Shown here piece by piece: positions 41,355 to 49,033 of a DNA stretch of 49,033 nt. The stretch comes from a virus (Duplodnaviria; Caudoviricetes), in IMG/VR virus record IMGVR_UViG_3300038393_000759, positions 1 through 49,033 of that record. One strand, 5' to 3'. A program made the position numbers and the translations under genes. The notes under the pieces were generated by a model, which saw nothing but the letters and a program-made list of their open reading frames with translations, was not told where the DNA came from and did not search any database. Position 1 is the stretch's first letter. Every line of letters starts with the position of its first letter.

Positions 41355-43027
41355 GGGAACAGCCAATCGGCGGCGCGCACCTGTCCCGGCGAAGGATAGG
41401 AAGCGCAGTTCAGCGTTTTCAGGTTGCCGCGCGGGTTCGTATAGCCCGTCGAGCTCGCCGAGTAGCCAGCGCGGCTGGCGCAATCGTCGTTCGAGAGCGC
41501 TTCTGGATAGGCGTCGATCAGGACCGACAAGATGCGCTGCTGTGGGCCCGCCAGCTTCCCGAGGACGCGGCGGCGCAGTTCCTCGCCGGTCGGAGGCGCA
41601 TCCGGCGCTTCGGCCTTATCTCGGCCCGCGTCGGTGAGCGATACCCGGCCTGGTTCTGGATAATCGACCAGCCCCGCCGTCTTCAGCGCGCCGCGCGGGT
41701 TGGTGTAACCGGTCGACGTGTGGCTATAGCCAGCAATGAACGCGACCTGCTCGTTCAGCGGCCGGTCGTGGCCGAGCGCGGACCACCAAGCGAGCGAGTT
41801 GAGAATGCGCTGTCCTGGACCGCCCGTCGGAGCTGGCTCGCGATCAATCAGACGGGCCTTTGGCTTGGGTCCACGCTTCGCGTTCTCCACGGTGACAAGC
41901 ACCGGCTCGCTGGAGTTCCATGCCAGCCCCGCAATGGTGTCCATTGCTTTCGCCAGGCCAGCGTGGAAGCCCTCGCGTCGGCCATCGTTTCGCGCCGCTT
42001 CGATCTCATCGGCGTTCGCGTGAACGATCTCGGGCTTCGGAGCAGGTGCGGCCTTGGCGCGCTCCGCTTTCGCCAGCTCGCGCGTGAGCCGCTGGACTTC
42101 CGCCTTCAGCGCGCGCGGATCGTTGGCCTTCGCCTCTTCCTCGATCGACGCGAGCCGACCCTTCAGCTTGTCCAGGTCGAGCGGCTTGAGCGCTTTCTGC
42201 TCCACGCGCTCGCCGCGCTTCGGTGTGCGCGAGCTGTCGAACGTCACCTTCGGCGGGAAGGCGGCCGTTTCAAGGACATTGCGCGCGGGCAGCCACACAA
42301 TGCCGGTCCCGGTCGGGAGCGTCGGGAGCGAGGCGCTGATCGTCGGCCATTCGCCTTGGTCGGCCTGGCCGCTGACCCAATCTCCAATCGCCTTACGGTC
42401 CTGCGAGGCGGTCAGCTTGAACGCAACCAGGCCATCCACCTGCGACAGGACGTCCTTGTTGAGGACAGCCGGTCGCTGCGAGATGAGCCACGGGATGAAG
42501 CCGCGGATTCGGCCGCGCCGCACCACCGTTTCCATCATGCCGAGCAGCTTGTTCGCTTCGCCGTCCTTGTCGCGCACATGCTGCGGCGCCCACATGTCGG
42601 CCTCATCGAAAATCAGATGCAACGGCTCATTGGTGGCGTGGCGATAGAGCGCGGTGAGGAAGGCCAGCATGAAGCGCCGCTCAGCGGCCTTTGTGCCGAT
42701 GTCGGAGAGGTCGAGGATGGCGCTCTCGGCCATGCCGGCGACCGTCTCGCCGATTAGCGCGCCCGCGTGTTCGTTCAACGGAAGGTCGCCGTGGTCGCCG
42801 CCGAAGATGACGAGTCGTCCCTTCTCACGCCAAGGAGCCGGTGAGCGGCCATCAGCGCAAAGGCCCAAGCCCCACCACACGCCGAGCGGATCGGGGATGA
42901 TGACGCGACCGCCGGATGCAAGCAGCCGTTCAACGCCGGTTCCGGCATTGTACGTCTTGCCGCTGCCCGCCGTCCCGACGAAGCCGAGCCGATCATCCAG
43001 CGCTGTCAGAGGGACCGGATGACTCAC
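41351..43027 (-). CDS. HerA/FtsK-like (DUF87-type) ATPase with two C-terminal winged-helix-like repeats
   Basis: GTAGSGKT, IPDP.G.W, LIFDEAD..APQ, RRGR.RG, ISQRPA; repeat QRIL...AGYS..STGYTNPRG.LKT.....YP.PG occurs twice. Confidence 0.85.
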   Translation of the reverse strand: MSHPVPLTALDDRLGFVGTAGSGKTYNAGTGVERLLASGGRVIIPDPLGVWWGLGLCADGRSPAPWREKGRLVIFGGDHGDLPLNEHAGALIGETVAGMAESAILDLSDIGTKAAERRFMLAFLTALYRHATNEPLHLIFDEADMWAPQHVRDKDGEANKLLGMMETVVRRGRIRGFIPWLISQRPAVLNKDVLSQVDGLVAFKLTASQDRKAIGDWVSGQADQGEWPTISASLPTLPTGTGIVWLPARNVLETAAFPPKVTFDSSRTPKRGERVEQKALKPLDLDKLKGRLASIEEEAKANDPRALKAEVQRLTRELAKAERAKAAPAPKPEIVHANADEIEAARNDGRREGFHAGLAKAMDTIAGLAWNSSEPVLVTVENAKRGPKPKARLIDREPAPTGGPGQRILNSLAWWSALGHDRPLNEQVAFIAGYSHTSTGYTNPRGALKTAGLVDYPEPGRVSLTDAGRDKAEAPDAPPTGEELRRRVLGKLAGPQQRILSVLIDAYPEALSNDDCASRAGYSASSTGYTNPRGNLKTLNCASYPSPGQVRAADWLFP

Positions 43028-43206
43028 CCCCGCCACGTCCTCGTCGGCCGGTCGAAGAAGGGCAGGGCGGGCGCACGGTCGCCGCGAACATGGACGCGGC
43101 TCCAGTCCCGCGCGAGAATCCGCTGGCGCTCGCGATACTCGTAAGACGTGTCCGGCTCGGGCGCTTCCGCCGGCGCGGGGACTGAGCGGAGGCGAGGGCG
43201 GGTCAT
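43024..43206 (-). CDS. Hypothetical protein
   Basis: Coupled on both sides. Confidence 0.5.
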   Translation of the reverse strand: MTRPRLRSVPAPAEAPEPDTSYEYRERQRILARDWSRVHVRGDRAPALPFFDRPTRTWRG

Positions 43207-44312
43207 GCGTCTGCGCTCGCGCGCTCGGCCTCAATTTCACGGCGGCGCGTGTCGGCGGCCGTCTCGACCTTCGCGCCCCAATCGTCGGGCATCGCCTGAA
43301 TGGCCTTCTCGTTGCGCGCCATCAGGCTCGTTATGTCCATCGTCGAGTCCAGTTTCTTGATCTCGGCAATCAACTCCTTCGCCTTGGTGACGCCAGGATG
43401 CTCGTTCAAGCCGATCTCGTCGGCCATGTTGAACTGTCCCTCGTCGTTGACGGCGGGATTCTCTTCGATCTCGGCCTCAAGCTCCTCGGCCTGCTCCGTG
43501 ATGACTTCCGGCTCGACCGGCGGCTCAGGCTCGTCGCCGGCGATCTGATGCTCGATCATGTCGAGGCGGGAGCGGGGCCGGTCGGGCTGCGGTGAAGGCT
43601 CGGCCTCGATCGTCCGCTCGATGTGATGCGGATTCGGCTGCATCGTCGGATCGCGGGAGAACACTTCATCCTCAAGGTCGGTCGACATCGGCAGCCGCTT
43701 GGCGAGGCGGCGCATCACGGTCTTGCGCGCCATCTCGCCGAACCACGTCACCCACGGCCCGTTGTTGGCCGCCCGGCTGACCTTGCGGACCTTCTCAATG
43801 TCTTCGAGGCTCATCACTTCGAGCAGCTGCGAGCCGTCCTTGAGGACCGCAGTCGCATAGGCGCCGATCGGCTCGCCGCGCGGCTCGTTGAGGGCTGGCG
43901 GCACATGCTCGACATCTTCGTCGAAGCCGTATTTCACGACGAACTTGTCGTTCGAATAGACGACCTGGGCGCTGACCTTGGCGACCTCGCCCGACTGCCT
44001 GATCTTCTTCAGGATGCCCGCGATCATCGGCATGGCCTGGGCCTTGTTGCCGAACATCACGATTGCCGCCTCGCGACCGTCGGGGAGCAAGCCGTCCTGA
44101 GCGAGCCGCACGAATGCGCCGAACAGCGAGCGGCGGTCGGCATTGACCAGCGCCGGCGTGTTCTGGATCGCGGTCAGGGCGACGCGCTTGAACTTCTCGA
44201 CCGGGATATGCGGTGGCAGCGCGGCCTTAAATTCCGGCTCCATCGCGGTCAGGTTCTGCCGGATCACGGCGACGGGGTTGGCCGGCTGCTGCTCGGCTGC
44301 TTGGGTGGCCAT
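43203..44312 (-). CDS. recT: RecT single-strand annealing protein
   Basis: AQDGLLPDGREA, VY.ND.F, GAYA.A, PW..WF.EMARKTVMRRL.K.LP. Confidence 0.92.
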   Translation of the reverse strand: MATQAAEQQPANPVAVIRQNLTAMEPEFKAALPPHIPVEKFKRVALTAIQNTPALVNADRRSLFGAFVRLAQDGLLPDGREAAIVMFGNKAQAMPMIAGILKKIRQSGEVAKVSAQVVYSNDKFVVKYGFDEDVEHVPPALNEPRGEPIGAYATAVLKDGSQLLEVMSLEDIEKVRKVSRAANNGPWVTWFGEMARKTVMRRLAKRLPMSTDLEDEVFSRDPTMQPNPHHIERTIEAEPSPQPDRPRSRLDMIEHQIAGDEPEPPVEPEVITEQAEELEAEIEENPAVNDEGQFNMADEIGLNEHPGVTKAKELIAEIKKLDSTMDITSLMARNEKAIQAMPDDWGAKVETAADTRRREIEAERASADA

Positions 44313-44515
44313 TAGTAGTTGTTCCTTACGTCTAGAGGGTTGAGCAGTTGGAGAAGGCCGGTGGTGTCATCGGTGCCCCAAAGGCCATCCGCGATGCGCT
44401 TGAGACTAATCGCGATGCTCGTGATCGACATGAGCTGTAGGTCCTCCTCCGGCGAGGCGTCCTTCGTGGTGGCTTGCAGCGGCTCGATCGCCTGAATGAA
44501 GTCGGTAATATTCAT
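44312..44515 (-). CDS. Hypothetical protein (AISLKRIAD)
   Basis: Coupled on both sides; SD AAGGA. Confidence 0.6.
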   Translation of the reverse strand: MNITDFIQAIEPLQATTKDASPEEDLQLMSITSIAISLKRIADGLWGTDDTTGLLQLLNPLDVRNNY

Positions 44516-45417
44516 GCGGTTTCCTTCACCGTCAGCTTTCGATAGGCTCTGCGCCCGCGAATGATTTCGCCCGGCTCGGCGGGGCGGTCGGGGACAGCGG
44601 CAACGGTCGTCGCGCGCACGGTGAAGCCGTTGAGCGTCGCGAATGACGCAGCGCCGAGCTTGTCCAGCAATTCGGCCTTGGCCGCGTCCTCGCGCTTCTC
44701 CGCCTCAAGCCGCGCTTCCTTCGCAAAGAGGAAAGCCGCCGCAGCCTCGTGCGCGAGGTTGTCGGCGCTTAGGTCGATCGTCTCGGCGCCGCCTTCGCGG
44801 TGCAGATCCGCGATCGTGTCGAGGTCGCGCGTGTAGTCGGCCAGCGGCGGGTCGTTCGCTTCGATGCTCTGCCAGAAGGCTTCGACGCGGCGCTCGATCT
44901 CGGCATAAATCTTCGGCCGGAAGTCGTAGCAAAAGCGTTCCAAGCGGTTGCCGCCGACGAGGACGATGACGTCGCACCACTTGCGCCCGGCGAGCCCCGC
45001 ATAGGCCATCGCCTGAAGGAGGTAATGTTCCGGAGGCTCTGTCCCCCACTGTTTGAAAACCAGCCAGTCCGCCGTCTTGATCTCGATGATGCCAGGGCCG
45101 CGCTCGTCGCTGGCGAGTTGGTCGGGATGCCCGCCGAGTCCGCGCCCGTTGGACAGGCGCCGCGGCGTTTCTTCCAGCTGATAGGCGTAGCGGTCAGCCG
45201 CGGCCGCGATGATCGCTGGCTCGAGCCTCAAGCCCCATTCTACTCGCTCGCTGTCCGACAGGTCGGGCATGGCGATGTTGCCCTTGCGGCGGTGCCAAAG
45301 CTCGAACCTCGTCACATAAGGCGAGCAGTCGAACAGCGCCGCGCATTCCGACGCGCCGACATGCGCTTGGCGGAACTCGTGGTCGGGATCGCCGAGGATG
45401 GTGGTAGGGGCGTTCAC
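44512..45417 (-). CDS. YqaJ/lambda-exonuclease-like recombination nuclease
   Basis: VGASE.AA, WG.RLEP.I, HPD, IEIKT, Y.LQ..Y, FW; GTG 45417 has SD GGAG (alternative ATG 45441). Confidence 0.9.
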   Translation of the reverse strand: MNAPTTILGDPDHEFRQAHVGASECAALFDCSPYVTRFELWHRRKGNIAMPDLSDSERVEWGLRLEPAIIAAAADRYAYQLEETPRRLSNGRGLGGHPDQLASDERGPGIIEIKTADWLVFKQWGTEPPEHYLLQAMAYAGLAGRKWCDVIVLVGGNRLERFCYDFRPKIYAEIERRVEAFWQSIEANDPPLADYTRDLDTIADLHREGGAETIDLSADNLAHEAAAAFLFAKEARLEAEKREDAAKAELLDKLGAASFATLNGFTVRATTVAAVPDRPAEPGEIIRGRRAYRKLTVKETA

Positions 45418-45656
45418 CAGTCGGTCTCCACGGGCAGACATTGGCCGCGCAGGTGCGTTCGCTCAGGCGAAATGAAGAGTCCCACATCGCTGACGTAGGA
45501 TTGCATCATGTGGGACGCGCCAGCGGGGATGACACCAGCGCACGCTTCGCAGTAATGCTCTTTCTTCGAGCGGGCGATGCGCGGTTCGCCGACGGGCATC
45601 GGCGCGTCTTGCGCTGCGATATAACGGTCCCAGTCCTGCGACGGGCAGCGGCTCAC
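45414..45656 (-). CDS. Hypothetical zinc-binding protein
   Basis: K.H.CEAC...I..G; H...C; GTGA coupling. Confidence 0.55.
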   Translation of the reverse strand: MSRCPSQDWDRYIAAQDAPMPVGEPRIARSKKEHYCEACAGVIPAGASHMMQSYVSDVGLFISPERTHLRGQCLPVETDW

Positions 45657-46012
45657 AGTAAACACCCCTCTCGCGCCTTCATCAGCGCCTCGAAAGTCAG
45701 CCCGGTCGCTTCGGTGAGCGCGTCGGCAAATTCCGAGCGCAGGTCTTCCATGCGAGTTTCCGCCTCTGAGGCCCGGTCTTCGGCATCGGCAGGCTTGCCG
45801 GTCCCCTCGCAGCAAGGGCATCCCGCGCAGTCCTCGGCAACGCTGTGGTCGCTGCGGAAATAGAAGCCGCTCGACAAAACGCCGTCGCCTCGGCACTCGC
45901 TACAGATGCCTGCCAGCGCATCGTCATATTCGCGGCGGGCGTGGCGCAGATCGTCGAGAATGTTCGCCAGGCTGCGCGGGCGCACGGTGACGGGCTGGTG
46001 GTGCGAGGCCAT
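45653..46012 (-). CDS. Hypothetical protein with CxxCxGxG motifs
   Basis: CSECRGDG, CPCCEGTG. Confidence 0.6.
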   Translation of the reverse strand: MASHHQPVTVRPRSLANILDDLRHARREYDDALAGICSECRGDGVLSSGFYFRSDHSVAEDCAGCPCCEGTGKPADAEDRASEAETRMEDLRSEFADALTEATGLTFEALMKAREGCLL

Positions 46013-46215
46013 CAGGCGGCGTCCTCTTCGTCGGCGTTCACGAGTCCATGCAGATCATCGGCGGTCAGCTTGACGGCACAGTCGCGGCAGACGTCGATCT
46101 CTTCCCAATTCAGGATGCCGTCGCCGGTGTTCCAATGCACCTCGAATGACAGGTAGGGCGGACGGATTGGCAGATCGCAGCCGATGCAATGGCCAAAGTG
46201 GATGCGGGGCATCAC
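46012..46215 (-). CDS. Hypothetical zinc-finger protein
   Basis: CIGC...VCRDC. Confidence 0.6.
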   Translation of the reverse strand: MMPRIHFGHCIGCDLPIRPPYLSFEVHWNTGDGILNWEEIDVCRDCAVKLTADDLHGLVNADEEDAA

Positions 46216-46418
46216 CCCACCCTCCCCTGCTGCTCAATCGTGAACAGCAGCTCGTCCTCGACCTTCGCTTGCAATTCCCGCTCAGCCTTCGCCTCGGCGA
46301 TGATCCTGGCGAACCGTTCACCGATCTCGCGCCTCCGCTGCTCGTAGCGGACGGTGCCGGAGTCGGGATCGAGCGTCTGGCCGGGCTCGCTGATGTCGTG
46401 GAAGGGGGCGCGGCTCAC
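46212..46418 (-). CDS. Hypothetical protein
   Basis: GTGA coupling; SD GGAG. Confidence 0.5.
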   Translation of the reverse strand: MSRAPFHDISEPGQTLDPDSGTVRYEQRRREIGERFARIIAEAKAERELQAKVEDELLFTIEQQGRVG

Positions 46419-46696
46419 AGCATGTCTCCCTCGTCGCGGCATTCGCCACGGGCTTTGGCGATGACTTCTTCCACGCGAGCGACGGCGCGCTGAGCCGCGT
46501 ATTTCATATTGTCGTAGGCCATCGAAAGCGTCTCGACCGGATCGTCGGGACCGCCGAAATCTTCCGGATCGTCGAGAATTTCTTCCGGGTCGGCATAGTC
46601 GGCTAGGCACCGAAGCGCCGCCATCGCATGGCCTAGAGCCTCGCGCAGGGTGTCCGGGCCGACCGTTTCCCACGTCGGGGTAAAGGGCCCGCTCAT
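46415..46696 (-). CDS. Hypothetical acidic protein
   Basis: ATGA coupling; SD GGAG. Confidence 0.6.
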   Translation of the reverse strand: MSGPFTPTWETVGPDTLREALGHAMAALRCLADYADPEEILDDPEDFGGPDDPVETLSMAYDNMKYAAQRAVARVEEVIAKARGECRDEGDML

Positions 46697-46986
46697 CGCG
46701 CGAACTCCCACGCCATGTAGCAGCCGAGCAGCGTGGCGAGGATCAGGCTGGCGACGGCGAAGCGTTCCTGATTGCGACGCGCGAAAGAAACGAGCCGCTC
46801 ACCGAAGGGCGGGCGGTAGGCGCTCGCGACCTCGTTCAGGTCCGCCTGGCCGAAAATCCTGCGAATGCGGGCTGCGTCCAGTGGCGGGACGTTTGTGGGA
46901 GCGACGGCCGGCGTTGGCACGGCACCGACCGTCGCGTTGACGCCGCGGTGGAGTCGGGCTGCGGCGTGGGGAGGTTTGTTGTGCAT
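46693..46986 (-). CDS. First gene of the leftward early operon, C-terminal TM segment
   Basis: ATG 6 nt after the predicted PL -10. Confidence 0.55.
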   Translation of the reverse strand: MHNKPPHAAARLHRGVNATVGAVPTPAVAPTNVPPLDAARIRRIFGQADLNEVASAYRPPFGERLVSFARRNQERFAVASLILATLLGCYMAWEFAR

Positions 46987-46992
46987 GAGCAC

Positions 46993-47043
46993 CGTTTAGC
47001 ACGATTGCTAAGCGATGCAACTCCTAATTTGCAACAATGCTAA
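46993..47043 (-). promoter_or_regulatory. PL (TTGCAT-N16-TAAACG) with two operators
   Basis: TTAGCA-cgat-TGCTAA 46996-47011 and TTTGCA-acaa-TGCTAA 47028-47043. Confidence 0.75.
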
Positions 47044-47051
47044 AAATATTT

Positions 47052-47273
47052 TCAGCCCGAGATGCACCATGCGTCGATGGCGTAAACGAACTTCAGGCGC
47101 CCGCTCTCGGTCGGCTTGCCCTGCTGGATGGTGGCCAGCAGGCTGCGGCGCGCAGCCTCGCATCGCGCCCTGCTCGGGTAGTCGGTAACGGCAATCCCGC
47201 CAGTACCGAAGACGATGACGAGCTTTGCCGGGCCTGAAGCTGTGAGCGCCAGCGCGAGCAGAAGGGCAGACAT
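47052..47273 (-). CDS. Small secreted protein downstream of cI
   Basis: Signal-like MSALLLALALTA; two Cys; TGATG coupling to cI. Confidence 0.6.
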   Translation of the reverse strand: MSALLLALALTASGPAKLVIVFGTGGIAVTDYPSRARCEAARRSLLATIQQGKPTESGRLKFVYAIDAWCISG

Positions 47274-47992
47274 CAGTAGACCTCCCCGATGACCTTATGC
47301 ATCGCGACGATGCGTTCGCGCTCGACGCGGAACGTGACGTCCGGATTGAACTGGCGCAGCTCGACGAAGCTAGGGGAGTTCTTCACCAGCTCCTTGATGA
47401 GCACGAGCGAGACCCGCTCCCGATATTCGTCGTCGCCTTCGATGCCTCTTAGCTGGACGATCACGTCATCGTTGATCGATACCGGCGCCCGCGGGCTCAC
47501 GATCACCCGGCGGCCTGACCGAAACCGCGGCCACATCGATTCGCCAACGACCGTCACCGCGTAGGCCTCGTTATCGCGCGCGAGGCTTACCGGCCGGCGC
47601 ACCATATCCAGCACTTCGGCCATGTCGATCTCGGTCAGCTCGACGTGATGCTCTGGATCGAACGAATGCATGGCGACAGCGGATCCAACGAGCGGGATGC
47701 CAGGAAGATCAGCGGCGCCGTATTTTTCCTCGAGCGGCCGTTCCGTTCGGTCGCGCACTTCCGAGAGGATGGTGCGGCGATATTCCTCCGGCCAGTGCGG
47801 AAAGTCGCGGAAGCGATGTTGCAGCTTCTCGATCGTCGGCTTGCTCAGCCTGGTCGTCGCTTTCCCGTTGACGACGCGCGTGACCGTTGTGGCGGCCAGT
47901 CCGGATTCCTTCGCAAGCCTGCTCGGCGGCATGTCCGCCCACTCGACGAGCTCCTTTATGAACTCGCGATCGGTTTCGAGACCCTTGTCCAT
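47273..47992 (-). CDS. cI: CI-like repressor (HTH + S24 autopeptidase)
   Basis: PSRLAKESGLAATTVTRVV HTH; VVGESM.P catalytic Ser; LIK catalytic Lys; QFNP; divergent from cro. Confidence 0.9.
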   Translation of the reverse strand: MDKGLETDREFIKELVEWADMPPSRLAKESGLAATTVTRVVNGKATTRLSKPTIEKLQHRFRDFPHWPEEYRRTILSEVRDRTERPLEEKYGAADLPGIPLVGSAVAMHSFDPEHHVELTEIDMAEVLDMVRRPVSLARDNEAYAVTVVGESMWPRFRSGRRVIVSPRAPVSINDDVIVQLRGIEGDDEYRERVSLVLIKELVKNSPSFVELRQFNPDVTFRVERERIVAMHKVIGEVY

Positions 47993-47999
47993 CCACGCA

Positions 48000-48080
48000 A
48001 GATTAGCACACATGCTAAGACGTGGCTCTTTGCAAGGCTGCAAATTATTCGTTTGCATTGCGTAGCAATCCTGCTAATGA
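48000..48080. promoter_or_regulatory. OR region: three operators, PRM -10 (TAATCT, - strand) and PR (TTGCAT-N16-TAATGA)
   Basis: Palindromes at 48003-48018, 48029-48044 and 48062-48077; consensus TTAGCA-N4-TGCTAA. Confidence 0.8.
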
Positions 48081-48087
48081 AGGCCGC

Positions 48088-48306
48088 ATGGACCAGCAGG
48101 ACATTGTGAGGGACGTCGAAAGCCGCGCCGCCAAGCTTGGGATTTCGATCAACGAGCTATGTCAGGAAGCAGGGGTCCACCCCACCACGTTCTCCCGCTG
48201 GAAAAAGAGCGAGAAGAACCCTCAGCCTATAGGCGCCACCATCAAGAGCTTGTCCGCGCTCACTGCCGCGCTCGATCGACGCGAGCAGCAACCAAAAGCC
48301 GCCTAA
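48088..48306 (+). CDS. cro: Cro-like HTH protein
   Basis: GISINELCQEAGVHPTTFSRWK; divergent from cI. Confidence 0.85.
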   Translation: MDQQDIVRDVESRAAKLGISINELCQEAGVHPTTFSRWKKSEKNPQPIGATIKSLSALTAALDRREQQPKAA

Positions 48307-48503
48307 TGCGCGGCGTCCGTCCGCTCCGGAAATGGGATGATGTCGGCGCCGGCCGCCATTCGATAGTCGCGATAGCAGCGCGCCGCGTTGGCGATGGATT
48401 CCGCCAGGATGCTCGCCTCGGCAATTCGCACGATGCCGGTGTTCGGATCGGTGATCTTGAAAAGGTTGCCCCGCATCCACTCGAATTCGATCGGCTCTTC
48501 CAT
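48303..48503 (-). CDS. Hypothetical protein convergent on cro
   Basis: MEEPIEFEW...ADIIPFP; stop overlaps the cro stop. Confidence 0.45.
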   Translation of the reverse strand: MEEPIEFEWMRGNLFKITDPNTGIVRIAEASILAESIANAARCYRDYRMAAGADIIPFPERTDAAH

Positions 48504-48670
48504 GAACACGACCGAGGACGGGGGCGGGGAACCACTGGCCAAAACGCGCCTCCGCCACACAAGACAACCGAGCAACGGCTTGGTGCCCTATCCAACGTTA
48601 ACGGTTCATTGCGCCGATTTAACTTGATTTCGACGAACGACAAACTCGCGCTTCGTATCCCCGGCGCGAG

Positions 48671-48705
48671 GGGCGGGGTCGAGCCCCGGTCCCGCCCGAC
48701 CCTTT
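48671..48705 (+). terminator. Possible hairpin/terminator in the early-right leader
   Basis: GGGCGGG...CCCGCCC stem with a weak U tract. Confidence 0.3.
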
Positions 48706-48957
48706 CAGCGCCGCCTGGGCCATAGCCGTGAAGGCGGGGTCCCTCTGCATCGCTTCCGCCGTCATCGGCGGCTTCGGCCTCGACGCGTGGGCGCTGATGG
48801 CGCGCGTCGGCCGCGATCTCGATGAGGGTTGGGGCTTCGGCGAACCGTTCGTGCCTGAATTGGCAGCCACGCGCCTGAACCGGCGGGGTGGGGGCTGCGA
48901 CGCGCAGCTGCCAGAGGTCGCACAAAGTCATTCGCACCATGACCGGGACGCCAGATA

Positions 48958-49033
48958 GTGGCGAGCCGACCGAACACATACCCCCGAACGGAAGAAACCT
49001 TTCCCGGCTCGCTGTTCGGGCGCCCGTCGCGGC
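48958..49033 (+). CDS. 5' part of the CII-position HTH gene (continues to 329)
   Basis: GTG 48958; frame is continuous across the overlap. Confidence 0.6.
   Translation, partial: MASRPNTYPRTEETFPGSLFGRPSR
49004..49033. repeat. Terminal direct repeat, copy 2
   Basis: 29/30 identical to 1-30. Confidence 0.9.

Noticed and set aside
48597-48623. Possible CtrA box (two TTAA)
   Set aside because: Spacing is not TTAA-N7-TTAA
48728-48958. 76-aa + strand ORF before the CII-position gene
   Set aside because: Its stop overlaps the next start, but there is no SD or recognisable motif; too weak to call

Overview
The window is an apparently complete, circularly permuted genome of about 49.0 kb from a temperate long-tailed (siphovirus-type) phage. 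The GC-rich sequence, GcrA-like HTH and GTA-like tail genes suggest an alphaproteobacterial host (inference). Positions 1-30 repeat 49004-49033 with one silent mismatch, and an HTH gene reads in frame across the junction. Gene order on the + strand: early-right and replication genes (HTH, GcrA-HTH/GP88 fusion, VRR-NUC, HNH, two DNA methyltransferases, AAA helicase, iterons), terminase, portal fused to an Acb1-like anti-CBASS domain, an HslV/proteasome-like peptidase, head genes, an IS1595 remnant, neck and tail genes, tailspike and lysis genes. Gene order on the - strand: accessory genes, attP, int/xis, HerA-like ATPase, RecT/YqaJ and cI, followed by the divergent cro. The strongest hidden structure is an invariant promoter-like module, GAACCTACAGC-N17-TAnnnT, present in 11 exact copies (plus 2 variants), all on the + strand and each in front of a late-gene block. 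One copy lies inside the head protease/scaffold gene. This points to a distributed late-promoter regulon with an unidentified phage activator. Other highlights are an attP carrying the 5' half of tRNA-Ser(GCT) with its own promoter, an overprinted second-subunit ORF inside the C5 methyltransferase, and an HNH gene flanked by a duplicated host-gene C-terminus. All family assignments come from motif recognition by eye; no database searches were run.
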